Below, one piece after another: positions 1-10,661 of a DNA stretch of 64,000 nt. The stretch is from an uncultured Planctomycetota bacterium (lineage in GTDB: Bacteria > Planctomycetota > Planctomycetia > Isosphaerales > Isosphaeraceae). Below the pieces are notes generated by a model. That model worked only from the letters and a program-made list of their open reading frames with translations. It had not been told where the DNA came from and did not search any database. Position 1 is the stretch's first letter, and every line of letters starts with the position of its first letter. The stretch spans positions 125,642-189,641 of the forward strand of contig CAWJTV010000022.1 of assembly GCA_963845755.1 (NCBI GenBank). The letters run 5' to 3'. The translations under genes and the position numbers were made by a program.

Positions 1-526
1 AGATCCGCATGGTGGGGATTGTCCGGTGTCGCAGGTCATTGTGGACAGCGCCAGCGACTCCGCGGAGCTCGACGATCTCATGGACCAGGCCGACCCATCG
101 TCCGGAATCGCGCCGGAAGAGGCGCAACGGCAGGTCGTGCTGGGTCCCGGAGAAGCCGAAGCGGCGGCCGAGGATCTCGCTGCGAATCGGCACGCGGTAT
201 CCCTGGTATGGGGCATCGGGATCCGCGATGACCCGCCGGATCTCGGCGGCCAGCGCGGGAGTGATGCGCTCGTCGGCATCCAAGGACAACACCCAGTCGC
301 CCGACGCCAGGGCCAGCGCGGCGTTTCGCTGGCCGGCGAAGTCGTCAAAGGCCCGGACCGATACCACGTCCGCGACGCGCCGGGCGATCTCCGCGGTGGC
401 GTCGCGACTGGTCGCGTTGACCACGACGACGCGCTCGTCGGCCCACGCTGCCGCCGCGAGGCAATCGGCGAGGTTGTGCGCCTCATCCTTGGCCACCACC
501 AGCACCGAGATCCGGGGCTCAGGCAT
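1..526 (-). CDS. Glycosyltransferase family 2 (WaaE/KdtX-like), runs off the window start
   Basis: Manual translation from ATG 526: MPEPRISVLVVAKDEAHNLADCL...FDDFAGQRNAALALASGDWVLSLDADERITPAL...WVGLVHE (DAD motif). Not in the ORF track because it is truncated. Confidence 0.9.
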   Translation of the reverse strand, partial: MPEPRISVLVVAKDEAHNLADCLAAAAWADERVVVVNATSRDATAEIARRVADVVSVRAFDDFAGQRNAALALASGDWVLSLDADERITPALAAEIRRVIADPDAPYQGYRVPIRSEILGRRFGFSGTQHDLPLRLFRRDSGRWVGLVHEIVELRGVAGAVHNDLRHRTIPTMRI

Positions 527-1580
527 AGCGAGCCCCCTTCCGGATCGCACCGGCCAGGGCCCGTAGCGGGAAATACACCGCATATGCCGCCAGCGCAACG
601 TCCAGCCGGCCGGTGGCCGCCAGAATGATCCAGAGATGCCAGCGAACGTCGGCGTGGCCGACCATGTGCACGACGCCGGCGAGGCCGCGCGGACGAGGGA
701 TCATGCCGGCCGATCGGGAGTTCGGTCCGCTGAGGCTCGATCGCCGCTCGAGCTCATCGCCCAGCGTCGACTGGACAAGGAAGAGGTATTTCCCCGAGGC
801 GTAGAGGATCCCCACGACGAGCCAGAGCGGCAGTCCGTCCCGACTGTAGGCCCACCAGGCGATCGCGGCGTGCAGGGCCACGTCGGTCAGCTCATCGAGG
901 AACTGATCGAGCCATCGGCCGAACGCGGAGCTGGTGCCCTGCAATCGGGCGAGGCGTCCGTCGGCGGTGTCGAGGACCAGGGCCAGGGCCATCGCGGTCG
1001 CCACAGCCGCGCGTCCAGTCCAGCCAGTCGCGCCCGCGCCCGCGGCGACGAGGCCGGCCGCCGCGAGCATCAAGACCGCTGCCGCCAGGGTCACGAGGTT
1101 GGGCCGGACCGGGGTCGGGCGGAGCCCTTCGGCCAATCGCCGGGCCAGCGGAAACGCCCAGTACTTGCCGATCGGCTGATAGGTCAGCCGATGCGTCAAT
1201 TCCTCGTCGGCCGAGAAGATCGCTTCGGGGCGGTCGAGCCGCCAGAGCACGGCCGATTCTGGCGATTGGCCACGTCGCAGCCGGCGACGCAGCCGGCCCG
1301 TGTCGTAGAAACGATCCGTCCGCAGGACCGGCACACCCTCCCGCGGTGCGCCACTCACGAAGGAGACCGCACTGGACCGATCGCCGACCAGTTCGCGGAG
1401 CTCGCGGTGCTCCTCAGGCCGGGCGTGCACCAGCACGGGCTCGCCCGCGGGCGCCAGCTCCTCGGCCAGATCCAGCACGTGGCCGAACATGCTCCGTCCG
1501 AGCACGACCTCGGCGGCCATCAGGCCACGAGGCCCGCGCGGGCGGGCGTCAATCGCCAGGTGGAGCGGCCGAGAAGACAT
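519..1580 (-). CDS. CDP-alcohol phosphatidyltransferase family membrane protein with N-terminal extension
   Basis: PNLVTL and LDTADGRLARLQGTSSAFGRWLDQFLD match the CDP-OH transferase signature. Confidence 0.9.
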   Translation of the reverse strand: MSSRPLHLAIDARPRGPRGLMAAEVVLGRSMFGHVLDLAEELAPAGEPVLVHARPEEHRELRELVGDRSSAVSFVSGAPREGVPVLRTDRFYDTGRLRRRLRRGQSPESAVLWRLDRPEAIFSADEELTHRLTYQPIGKYWAFPLARRLAEGLRPTPVRPNLVTLAAAVLMLAAAGLVAAGAGATGWTGRAAVATAMALALVLDTADGRLARLQGTSSAFGRWLDQFLDELTDVALHAAIAWWAYSRDGLPLWLVVGILYASGKYLFLVQSTLGDELERRSSLSGPNSRSAGMIPRPRGLAGVVHMVGHADVRWHLWIILAATGRLDVALAAYAVYFPLRALAGAIRKGARYA

Positions 1581-1652
1581 CCATGCCTCCCTGCTCTTCT
1601 ATGGTTGCTATTTAAACGACTTCTCAACAGAACCGCGAAAACGGCACACAGC

Positions 1653-2609
1653 TTACCAGGAAAACCGTCGATAGAATGCCTCTTGCCTCTCGATCCAGGT
1701 GCTGCCGCCCACATCTCGCTCGCGACGCGACGACAGGATCGCGCGGACGCGGCGGAGGGCGGAGAACACGGCCAGGGCGAAACCCGGACGTCCCCGCACC
1801 AGTGAGGCCAGCAGGCGAATCGGCAGCCAGAGCCAGTGAGCCAGCAACCGGACTCCCGCCGTGTTCTGCCACATGAAGATCACGGTGTTCCGGCTCGCCA
1901 GCCATTGGGAGCGCGTCAGGCCCAGTTCGGACCCGAACGTGGCGAATCCCCAGTGATAGGCGACCGACTCGGGGACGTAATAGCCCCGATACCCGGCCAT
2001 CCAGCCCCGGAATCCCAGGTCGAGGTCCTCGATCCGGCCGGGGAAGTAGATCGGGTCGTATCCGCCGAGGCCCAGGAACTTCAGGCGGTCGACTGCCAGC
2101 ACCGGACCGGCCGCGGCTGTCTGGTCGGATGTCCCGACGGCCTCCTCGAAGCCGGGCACGCGGCACATCCCCTGAACCAGGCCATATCGCATGCGGACCC
2201 GCGTCCTCATCCCCTCGTAGGTCCGACCGTCGAACGTCCAGCACATCGGGGCGGAGAAAAGGGCATCGTCGTGGCGCTCAAAGACCTGGAGCAGAGGACC
2301 GACCGAATCCGGGTCGAGCTTGATATCGTTGTTCAACAGCAGGACGACCGGCTCGTCCAGTCGCTCCAGCACGCGGTTGAACGAGGCCAGGCCCAGGTTC
2401 GGCTCGCGGACCAATCCCACATCCGGCCATCGCCGGGCGAGCCACTCGCACGAGTCGTCGGTCGAGCTGTTGTCCACGACGGTCACGGGGCATGGGACCT
2501 GCGCCCGCACGGCCGCCGCCAGGATGGTCGGCAGGCACTCCTCGAGCCAACCTCGGCCGTTGAAATTAAGGACGAGAATGTGAGTCCGATCGATCGTCAA
2601 GGGCTCCAT
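1653..2609 (-). CDS. Glycosyltransferase family 2
   Basis: ILVLNFNG...VVDNSSTDDS, LLLNND, EDLDLGFRGWMAGY...YVPESVAYH. Start placed at ATG 2609. Confidence 0.9.
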   Translation of the reverse strand: MEPLTIDRTHILVLNFNGRGWLEECLPTILAAAVRAQVPCPVTVVDNSSTDDSCEWLARRWPDVGLVREPNLGLASFNRVLERLDEPVVLLLNNDIKLDPDSVGPLLQVFERHDDALFSAPMCWTFDGRTYEGMRTRVRMRYGLVQGMCRVPGFEEAVGTSDQTAAAGPVLAVDRLKFLGLGGYDPIYFPGRIEDLDLGFRGWMAGYRGYYVPESVAYHWGFATFGSELGLTRSQWLASRNTVIFMWQNTAGVRLLAHWLWLPIRLLASLVRGRPGFALAVFSALRRVRAILSSRRERDVGGSTWIERQEAFYRRFSW

Positions 2610-2817
2610 CCCTCGCGCCTGAGTGGAACATCCTGTTCGGGCTGGACTTGCGGAAGACAAGACACCATCGACCCATCGAGGCGCAAGGATCGGCCTCGAT
2701 TCGGTGCATACCATACGGTGCAACCCGTTTGCGGTCAACCCCGGCGTCGATCGATGAAGGGGACGACGCCGATTCTACCGGTGCGCGCACTCCGTCCCCG
2801 GCGAGTCTCGAGATAAC

Positions 2818-4488
2818 CTACCGCTCCTCGTTTCCCGGTTTTTCAAGAAGGAAGAATCGCCATTCACCAGGGACCAGCCACAGGCGATACGTCCGATCAT
2901 CGAGCACGGCCGTGCCTGGCAGATGCGAGAAGGCCAAGGCGTATCGCCCGGTGATGTGCGGATGCCGGAAATGGTCGAACGGTAGCGTGAGGCCCCGGGG
3001 CGGGCCAATCGGCCCGTCGGAGGCGTCGGCGACGGGCCCCGGTGCGTACCAGCCGTCCCACTCGTATCCGCCTTCGATGTCTTCAGCCGATATCCCCCGC
3101 GCAAGCGCGCGTCGCCCTAATCCCCAGCGGGCCGAGTTCCACGCGAGCCAATCGTGCATCAAGCCGACCGAGCAGACCGCGAAGAGTGCGAGCGCGCCCA
3201 GGCCGGTCCGCCATCGAAGACGGAGCGGACCACCCGCGGCCAAGACCAGGGTTCCGGGCATCAGGACGATGAGGTAGCGGTCGAACAAGTACGGCGAGAC
3301 GAGCAGGATCGGGACGTGCAACGCCGTGTACAGGAAAAAGGGGTGAGCGAGCGCCCCTTTGCCGATCCGATCGATCGCGCGGACCGCGAGCGCCGCCACG
3401 CCGATGCAACCCGCCACGGTGAGGAATCCCTGCGCGAAGGTCCCCATCATCAAGGGCCGCTCGCCGACCAGGTAAATGCCGTTGTCGAGCGTCCCCCAGC
3501 ATGTCACGGTATTGGGAAGATACGGGAAAAGCCCGCCGCGGTAGGCGTGCGGCGGTGCCAAGTCTCCCGCACCCACCCAGAGGATCGCCACAAGATCCAG
3601 CACCACGACGAAGGCCGCGAGAAACCGCTTCTCCAACACAATCCCCGGGCGTAGTGCCAGCACGGGCAGTGCCGACAATCCCAGGTAAACGCTACCTCGG
3701 AGGCATCGCACGAAAATGCGCATCCCGGATGGAACCACGGGGGCCAGTGGCACGGAGTCCGGCCGCGCCGTAAACCACGAATGGACGACGACCCCGGCAA
3801 TCAGCGGCAGCCCGACGCCGACGAGCCAGGCCGGGCGCCACCGCAGCGTCCGCTCCCGCGCCAGGAGGATGCCGGCCACGACCGGGATGACGACCGCATT
3901 CTGGCGCGTGGTGGTCGCCAGAGTGGCGAAGAACGCTCCTGCCAAGAGAACGCGAAGCCGCCCGCCTCTGAGCGCGCGCGTGTAGAAGGCCAGCGCGATC
4001 AGCGAAAGGGAGAGCGCCGGCACGTCTGACATGAAGGTGCCGGACATTACGAAGACGATTGGGTTCAACGCGATGGCCGCCGCCGTAAAGCTGGCCTCGG
4101 GAGGGCAAAGCCCCACCTCTCGCCGCAGGAGATCGTAGAACGCGAGAACACCGAGCAGGGACAGACCGACCGTCAACAGGCGGAGGGCCGTGTTGGATTC
4201 ACCCACGATCCGGACGATAGGATAGGCCAGGAGCCACTGGCCGAGCAGCGGCATCGAAGGCTGCCGGTAGTAGTGAATGCCCTCGCCCCGCGCCAGGGCG
4301 AAGATGCCTTTGCTATATGCCCAGTCGTCGTTCAGGGGGAAATCCTGCCGATCGGCGGGGATCGCGGTCAGGATGAGGCCCCAAAGCATGACGATGGACC
4401 CGATCGGCAGCAGGGCGAAAACCCATTCTCCGCGTAATCGAGAGAGTCGTCCATCGGAGGCTCGAGTCGCGGTGGTCGTGAGCGTCAT
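2818..4488 (-). CDS. Polytopic membrane glycosyltransferase (GT39/ArnT/PMT-like)
   Basis: FPLNDDWAY acidic motif after TM1, many TM segments, TFMSDVP, DRYL. Confidence 0.75.
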   Translation of the reverse strand: MTLTTTATRASDGRLSRLRGEWVFALLPIGSIVMLWGLILTAIPADRQDFPLNDDWAYSKGIFALARGEGIHYYRQPSMPLLGQWLLAYPIVRIVGESNTALRLLTVGLSLLGVLAFYDLLRREVGLCPPEASFTAAAIALNPIVFVMSGTFMSDVPALSLSLIALAFYTRALRGGRLRVLLAGAFFATLATTTRQNAVVIPVVAGILLARERTLRWRPAWLVGVGLPLIAGVVVHSWFTARPDSVPLAPVVPSGMRIFVRCLRGSVYLGLSALPVLALRPGIVLEKRFLAAFVVVLDLVAILWVGAGDLAPPHAYRGGLFPYLPNTVTCWGTLDNGIYLVGERPLMMGTFAQGFLTVAGCIGVAALAVRAIDRIGKGALAHPFFLYTALHVPILLVSPYLFDRYLIVLMPGTLVLAAGGPLRLRWRTGLGALALFAVCSVGLMHDWLAWNSARWGLGRRALARGISAEDIEGGYEWDGWYAPGPVADASDGPIGPPRGLTLPFDHFRHPHITGRYALAFSHLPGTAVLDDRTYRLWLVPGEWRFFLLEKPGNEER

Positions 4489-4678
4489 GTGTGTCGGGTC
4501 ATTGAGTAGGGTTGACCAGGAATCGATCGCCACGGCAAGTCACTCGCGGCCGGATCGCCTTGCGAGATTTCGGGTGGGCGAGGCTCCGTCCGAGCTGGAC
4601 CGGAATAGGGCTCGCCAGGACGTTCGACCTCCCGGAATCGTGCGAAGGCATGGATTATCCCGGCAAGGGATACTCACA

Positions 4679-4801
4679 TACCAGCTCGAAGTGCCAGCGA
4701 GTGGGTGGAGGTTTCCCGCGGCAACCACTCGCTGGCGCTTCGACCTTGTAACGAGTGGAGGCTTCTTGCGGGAACCCACTCGCTGGCGCTTCGAGCTGGT
4801 A
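4679..4801. repeat. REP-like palindromic element (3 units)
   Basis: TACCAGCTCGAAGTGCCAGCGAGTGGGT (4679-4706) is inverted relative to ACCACTCGCTGGCGCTTCGACCTTGTA (~4724-4750) and ACCCACTCGCTGGCGCTTCGAGCTGGTA (4774-4801). Intergenic. Confidence 0.8.
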
Positions 4802-4888
4802 ATTGACCTTCTTTCCTATCAGGGTGATAGAATAGGATGAACGCGCGCAGCGACGACAGTGCTGGATCATTGGGCCCGGGAGGCAGGC

Positions 4889-5725
4889 ATGAGCGCACTC
4901 CGCGAACCATTTCCCGTGGGCCAGATCCTTCGTCCAAGTGCCGATTCCGGCCGCGAGGTCAGAAACAAAGTCATCGCGGTTCTTCCGGCCTACAATGCCG
5001 AGAAGACACTGGCCGCGACGCTGGCTGAGGTCCCCGCTGGTTCGGTCGATGAGATCATGCTTGTCGATGATTGCAGCACCGACCGCACCGTGGAGTTGGC
5101 CCGCGCGATGGGGTTGACGGTGGTCGTTCACCCGGAGAATCGCGGCTACGGCGGCAATCAGAAGACCTGTTATGGACTGGCCCTGAGTCATGGGGCCGAC
5201 ATCATCGTCATGATTCACCCGGACTACCAGTACGACAGCCGGGTCGTTCCCCACGCCGTGGGCCTGGTTGAGCTCGACATCTGTGATGTCGTGCTCGGCA
5301 GCCGGATTCGTTCGCGCCGGGAGGCCATGGCCGGAGGGATGCCTCTGTACAAGTATGTCGGCAACCGCGTCTTGACGGTCGTCGAGAACATCGCGCTGGG
5401 GCAGAATCTCGGTGACTTCCATAGCGGTTTCCGGGTTTATCGCCGCGCGGTGCTGGAACGGATTCCCTTCGAGCGCAACTCCGACGATTTCGTCTTCGAC
5501 ACACAACTCCTGGTCCAGGCCGTGCGCTTTGGTTTCCGGCTGGGCGATCTCCCGGTGCCGGTGCGGTACTTTACCGAGGCAAGCAGCATCAATTTCCAGA
5601 GGAGCGTGAGATACGGCTTCGGCACGCTCGGCACCGTGGCGGCTTACTGGATGGACCGCCTGTCGATTCGGCGCTCACCTCTCTTTTCCGAGAAACATGG
5701 AGGCGATTCAGCCCAATGCCCCTGA
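4889..5725 (+). CDS. Glycosyltransferase family 2 (DPM1-like polyprenol-phosphate sugar synthase)
   Basis: [54 protein letters not shown]. Confidence 0.9.
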   Translation: MSALREPFPVGQILRPSADSGREVRNKVIAVLPAYNAEKTLAATLAEVPAGSVDEIMLVDDCSTDRTVELARAMGLTVVVHPENRGYGGNQKTCYGLALSHGADIIVMIHPDYQYDSRVVPHAVGLVELDICDVVLGSRIRSRREAMAGGMPLYKYVGNRVLTVVENIALGQNLGDFHSGFRVYRRAVLERIPFERNSDDFVFDTQLLVQAVRFGFRLGDLPVPVRYFTEASSINFQRSVRYGFGTLGTVAAYWMDRLSIRRSPLFSEKHGGDSAQCP

Positions 5726-5765
5726 ATGAGCCGTAAGCCATGCCGAGGAGACGACTTCGAATCGT

Positions 5766-5797
5766 TCCCCCCTTACGAAGGGGGACACAGGGGGGTT
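5766..5797. repeat. Short REP-like hairpin
   Basis: TCCCCCCTTACGAAGGGGGACACAGGGGGGTT between convergent genes. Confidence 0.55.
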
Positions 5798-5904
5798 GTG
5801 TTAAGCGACAGGAGAGCCCGACCTCAATGCGGATCCCTCTTGCCGGGGTCATATCAAGCCTGTCGCAAGCCGATCGCCTGGTTTCATTCGCCTCTGCCGA
5901 GCAC

Positions 5905-6977
5905 CTAATACGCATCGCTGCCGACGACCTCGCCGCCGTTGCGGGTTGACAGCGCCTGCCAGACGCCCGACGGCGGCAGGTTCACCCAGGCCCCCTGACC
6001 GTTCTGTGAAGCCCCGGCCGGGTTGCCCGAGATCGTGTTGAATGGCCAGGTCTGAATCGAGTCCTTGATGAACCGCACCGAGCCGTCGCCCATCAGCACG
6101 TTGAGCCCACCTGGATGCATGCTGGAGGCCGAATTCGTCCAGGCCATCATCGAGGCGCCGGCGACCTTGTCGCAGGCATTGGGCGGGTAAAGCGTCGTGA
6201 TCAGCGTGTCGCCCCAGTTGCCGGTGATGTACCAGCCGTGCTGGGCCGCATATCGCGGGTTGAGCGCATTCAATTCCTGGAGGATCGTCGTCGCCTTCTC
6301 GGCCATGAAGATCGTGTTGCTCAGCCCGTCGGTCACCGAAGCCAGGCGGATAGGCGACACGTCGTTGAAGACCCCATTGCACTGCGCAATCAACGGACCC
6401 GGCACGACGCAATTATTGCTCGGCAGGGGCTGAGCCAGCACCGGCAGCGAGCCGATCATGCCGGCATAGCTCGTGAAGACCATGAACGCCGCGTCGGGCA
6501 CGCCGTACCTGGTCAGGGCGCCGGGATTGAGGCTCGCGGCGAGCCCGCCGTAGGGTCGCTGGGACAGGCGAAGGCCGCGATGGCGATCGCGTGGATCGTG
6601 CTGTTCTCACCGCCGATGATCGCCAGATCCTGGTTGATCGCGTTGTAGAGCGTCGCCTGCTCCATGAATCCCAGCGCGAAAACCTCCAGGCTCTTGTCGA
6701 CTATCGTTGACGTGCAGGGCGGCCTCGCGCCGGCATAGCGAGGATCGTATGACTTCATCCGGCCCGGCGGTAGCGAGCCGAAGGCGTCGTGGTAATTCTG
6801 CAGGGCCAGTCCGAACTGCTTGAGGTTGTTCGAGCACTGCGCGCGGCGGGCCGATTCCCGGGCGGACTGGACGGCGGGAAGGAAGAGTGCGATCAGAAGC
6901 GAGATGATCGAGATTGAGACGAGGAGCTCGATGAGGGTGAAACCAACGGCTAAGTCTCCCAAGCGATAGTGTCGCAT
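5905..6977 (-). CDS. DUF1559 prepilin-type protein with H-X9-DG C-terminus (frameshift near 6510-6530)
   Basis: GFTLIELL...[29 protein letters not shown] in ORF 6513..7064; TDGLSNT and [20 protein letters not shown] in ORF 5905..6501. Confidence 0.9.
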
Positions 6978-7257
6978 CTGCCACCCCATGAGGGCAAGAC
7001 GGGAGCCGAGCGAAAAAATCGGCCCGAGTGACGTCACCGAACGACCGGCGTAGGCGCACAGCAAGTCGGCATCGGAGCACTACTGTCCCGTCCGCTCCCG
7101 CTATTGGCTGAAAGCCTCAGCTCGGTTCTTGATGCCGACTGAATTGCCCTGACTCGCCTTACAAGCAGCGAGATCGGCTCCGATGATGCATGCGAGACGC
7201 CGGAGGTGCCGAATCGAGCCTTCAGGCACTCCATTGGTCGCTGTGCGTTATCCCGGG

Positions 7258-8343
7258 CTAATTCTCTCGAGTCCCTTCAGGGCGGCGTTCTGCCGCACCC
7301 GGGACCGATTCGGGTGGCCTCCGGCGAAGGGTCCCGGCATAATACTTGAGAACAATCGCGACGAGCAGCGACGCGACGGCCGCCCCGAGCAACAAGACAA
7401 CGGTACGGTTCGCGAACCGAGACCGGGACGGCCCCGGCTGTCCCAGCTCTGGTAGTCCGAAAGCCGCCAACGTGAACTCGCGATCCGGCGGGTCCACGAG
7501 TCGCAGATCCTCGAAAGTAAAATCATGTACATATACCGGTGCCCTTGAACGCCGATCCATCAACTCGACGACGACACGTTTGGGTACTGGAAAGCCATCC
7601 TGAATATCCCCGTACTCCACCTGCCCTCGTATGGCCGCCTTGCTGTAGCCAAGTTCGTATTCCCGGAGAACCCACTTCTTTTCAGGCGCGACCAAGATCC
7701 AGCCATCATACTCCGGGCTCGGTCTCCCCTTCGCGATCTTCCAGATCCCCTCCTTGAGGCGGACCTCCAATTTCAAGCAATTCTCGCCGTCCTGGCGGAC
7801 TTCGGAAATGCGCTGAATGGAGAAGCGGTCGCTGGAAATGATGCGGCTCAATGGCTGATAGAACGCGGAGAGCGAGAATGGCGCATCGAGATACTCGTAA
7901 AGCCAACCATCAACTTGAACCGTCGATTGCTGTGGAGGTTCTCCGTTTACATTCTTATCGAACGACCTAATGACATATTGTGCATCACCATCCTTCTTTA
8001 CCAGAGCAAAGGAATAATCCTTGTTAAAACAGTATACCATGTCCTGGCCTGCCGGTCTCGTTCGGCTCGACGTTACCCTCGCCCAATAAGGTCTCCTTGT
8101 CGCAAATGTGAACTTACCCACCATCTCCTGTTGACGCGGTTTTCCGATTTGGTGTTTAAGAGAGTAGTTGACGGACCCTACGGCCCTGGAGAAATGTTCC
8201 TCGAGAGCCTTGAGGGCATCGGGAAACTCTTTCAGGATCCTCGACCTGAGAACGGCTTCGTCGTCTCGCGCACATGCCAGGGTTGACCAAAGGAAAAGAA
8301 AGCCGGAAATCGAGGCGCCGATCATCGCACGTCGGACTCTCAT
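7258..8343 (-). CDS. Exported hypothetical protein with signal peptide and C-terminal TM anchor
   Basis: Signal peptide ending LACA, beta-rich body, EFTLAAFGLPE then VVLLLGAAVASLLVAIVL TM. Visibly lower GC than the flanks. Confidence 0.75.
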   Translation of the reverse strand: MRVRRAMIGASISGFLFLWSTLACARDDEAVLRSRILKEFPDALKALEEHFSRAVGSVNYSLKHQIGKPRQQEMVGKFTFATRRPYWARVTSSRTRPAGQDMVYCFNKDYSFALVKKDGDAQYVIRSFDKNVNGEPPQQSTVQVDGWLYEYLDAPFSLSAFYQPLSRIISSDRFSIQRISEVRQDGENCLKLEVRLKEGIWKIAKGRPSPEYDGWILVAPEKKWVLREYELGYSKAAIRGQVEYGDIQDGFPVPKRVVVELMDRRSRAPVYVHDFTFEDLRLVDPPDREFTLAAFGLPELGQPGPSRSRFANRTVVLLLGAAVASLLVAIVLKYYAGTLRRRPPESVPGAAERRPEGTREN

Positions 8344-8607
8344 AGTTCCCCCTTAGCGCCTGAATTGCTATCGGCCGATAGGGTAGGGCGCTGGCGTAGG
8401 CCACCGTGACAGGAAACAAACCCAAAGACCGAAGAAAGACATCCAATCAAGGCGCGCCGAGCGATACACTGTCTACTGCCGGGAACGGGGACAGGTTTGG
8501 CGGCCGCTCGCTTCCCATCCGGATACGGGCCCTAACCCAATTGACCGAAGGGTGGTGACCCGGGATTATTGAGTGGCTGGCACAGGCTCCAAGCATGCAG
8601 GGACAGA

Positions 8608-9463
8608 GAACGTGCTGAGAAAGTTATGATTTCTTCACCAGACGGCGGGCCATCAGATGGATCATCGCCAGCTTGACCCACGCCTCGCCGCTGTCGGTCG
8701 TAGCCTCGTAGTCCTTGCTCAGTCGGCGACACCGACCGAGCCAAGCGATCGTCCGCTCCACCACCCAGCGCCGCTTGATGACCTTGAACCCCGGCTGCGT
8801 CCGCTTGACGACCTCCAGCAGGATCGGCCGAGCCGGCCGAAAGCGGACCACCCAGTCAGCCATCCGCCGGTACATACCATCGGCCCGCACTAGCCTCAGC
8901 CGACTTAAACGCCCCCCGGATCGCCTCGAAGACCAGCTTCAGCCGGTGATAGTCCTGGATGTCGGCCGCAATGCACGACCACCACGAGGATCAGCCCGAG
9001 CGTATCGACGAGCAGGTGCCGCTTGCGGCCCGTGACCCCCTTACCGCTGTCGTAGCCCCTCGGCCCCTCTTTTCGGTCGTCTCGACCGACTGGCTGTCGA
9101 TGATCGCCGCCGACGGTTGCCGGGGGCGGCCCTAGGCCTGCCGCAGGTCGCCCCGCAGTTCGTCGTGCAGCCGGTCGAGTGTGCTGTCCTCCTTCCAGGT
9201 GCGGAAGTACCAGCACACGCTGTCCCAGGGCGGGAAGTCGTGCGGCAAGGCGCGCCACTGGCAGCCCGTGCGGTTGATGTACAGCAAGGCGTTGACGATC
9301 TCACGCCGCTGGTACCTGGCGAGGCGGCTGCCCGGTCTGGGGGCCGGGATGAATCGCTCAACCTGGGCCCAGTGCTCGTCGGTCAGGTCGCTGTGATTAG
9401 GGTTGTCGTGTGTCCATGCCCGGTCATCACCGCAAGTACCGGGCCGGCTTTCTCAACAGGCTC
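8608..9463 (-). mobile_element. Degenerate IS5-family insertion sequence
   Basis: Imperfect TIRs GAACGTGCTGAGAAAG (8608-8623) and CTTTCTCAACAGGCTC (9448-9463), 13/16 match, enclosing a transposase remnant. Confidence 0.85.
8624..9417 (-). pseudogene. IS5-family transposase pseudogene
   Basis: SDLTDEHW...YINRTGCQWRALPHDFPPW...AIIDSQSV...GYDSGKGVTGRKRHLLVDTLG...RWVVERTIAWLGRCRRLSKDYE. In-frame TAG near 9132 plus frameshifts. Confidence 0.9.
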
Positions 9464-9468
9464 TGAGA

Positions 9469-9676
9469 CGAATGGCACTCGGATTTTTGCAAAGCATTAC
9501 AGAGTAACGGCTTTCGCCGATTGTCACCGCTTTTGCTCGGAGTCGCCCTCGGGACCGGTCCCCACAAATCCCGAGGATTCACAGCATGGTCCAACGCGAG
9601 GACCATGAATGAAAACGGCTATCGACGACATAACCGATTTGTGTACAATGGGTTATAGAAATCCGAGTGCCATTCG
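9469..9676. mobile_element. MITE, 208 bp, perfect 18-bp TIRs, 9-bp target duplication
   Basis: CGAATGGCACTCGGATTT (9469-9486) and AAATCCGAGTGCCATTCG (9659-9676); GCTCTGAGA at 9460-9468 and 9677-9685; no ORF inside. Confidence 0.85.
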
Positions 9677-9741
9677 GCTCTGAGACGAATTTCCGCCTCC
9701 GTTCGAGAATCTCGGTCCGCCGTCAGCGCCCTGGGCGCGGT

Positions 9742-10017
9742 TCAGTCACAGTCCTCTTCACAAACATAACCAGTATAACCCGTATCGTGACACAAACAAC
9801 TGGCATCACAGTTACAGCAGCACACGTCGTTGCAGTTACACCACCCACAGGGCTCCCCTTCACAATCTTCACAGTACTCCGTGGTACCGCAATAATTTGC
9901 GGTAAGAGGTTCGTCGGCCAAGGCAGCCGTGCTGCCCCAGGAGAGCAGGCCCAAGAGCATCAAGACGATGAAGGACGCTGCGAAGAAGCTCGAGGCGATG
10001 GAAAGCACGCGAGACAT
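9742..10017 (-). CDS. Secreted cysteine-rich acidic peptide (91 aa, 14 Cys)
   Basis: AGGAGG RBS upstream of ATG 10017; hydrophobic leader ending ALA, then DEPLTANYCGTTEYCEDCEGEPCGWCNCNDVCCCNCDASCLCHDTGYTGYVCEEDCD. Confidence 0.8.
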   Translation of the reverse strand: MSRVLSIASSFFAASFIVLMLLGLLSWGSTAALADEPLTANYCGTTEYCEDCEGEPCGWCNCNDVCCCNCDASCLCHDTGYTGYVCEEDCD

Positions 10018-10197
10018 GTTCAGTACCTCCTGCGAAGTTCGAGTACAACCGCCAAAGATACGCCTCGCCCGAAGCCGCACGCACGACGATCGGGACGAAA
10101 ACCTAACCACCACTGAGACGGTTCCGGGCTCCAAAGATCGCACTAAGGCCGGCCTCCTTCCGGGATGGGCGAGTAGGAGGGGGCCCACTCGCCATGG

Positions 10198-10653
10198 TCA
10201 ATGCTGCCCCCTGCCTTCAAAGACGCGGCCTTGGATTCGTACCGACACCGTTGGTTCGCCGGGACAATCCAAGTACAAGTTGAGAACGGTACTGAACTCA
10301 TGATCACCGGCCCGGGCCGCCTTCAGCATAAGCTGAACCTCACGACTCGAGTGGGGTGGAACGGTGACTGGAAGGCCCGCGGGCCGGATGCAGCCCCATT
10401 TCGTACAAAACCGCTCGGCCCCCAGAACGCGGATGGGGCGGGACGACCTGTTCGATAAGTTGTACGAGACTGGGGTGACCGAGTCGGCCTTAATATCACC
10501 CAGCGATCTCTGCGGGGGGTCGATCTGCAGCAAGTCCCCCAGGGTCGTGGACGTACGACGCTCTCCCCCGCTCCACGCCAAGCAAGCAAGGGCAAAGAGG
10601 GCGACTGAAATCACCCAGGAGCAGACTATTCCGAAGCGCACGAGTCGTACCAT
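10198..10653 (-). CDS. DUF1573-like (Ig-fold) membrane-anchored protein
   Basis: N-terminal TM; RSLGDI...YNLSNRSSRPIRVLG..FCTKWGC...LPVTVPP...LYLDCPGEPTVSVRIQGRV. Confidence 0.7.
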   Translation of the reverse strand: MVRLVRFGIVCSWVISVALFALACLAWSGGERRTSTTLGDLLQIDPPQRSLGDIKADSVTPVSYNLSNRSSRPIRVLGAERFCTKWGCIRPAGLPVTVPPHSSREVQLMLKAARAGDHEFSTVLNLYLDCPGEPTVSVRIQGRVFEGRGQH

Positions 10654-10661
10654 AGTCTACC

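Noticed and set aside
8533..8607. LCPCMLGACAS as the tail of a second Cys-rich peptide disrupted by IS5
   Set aside because: No leader or start can be reconstructed across the insertion.
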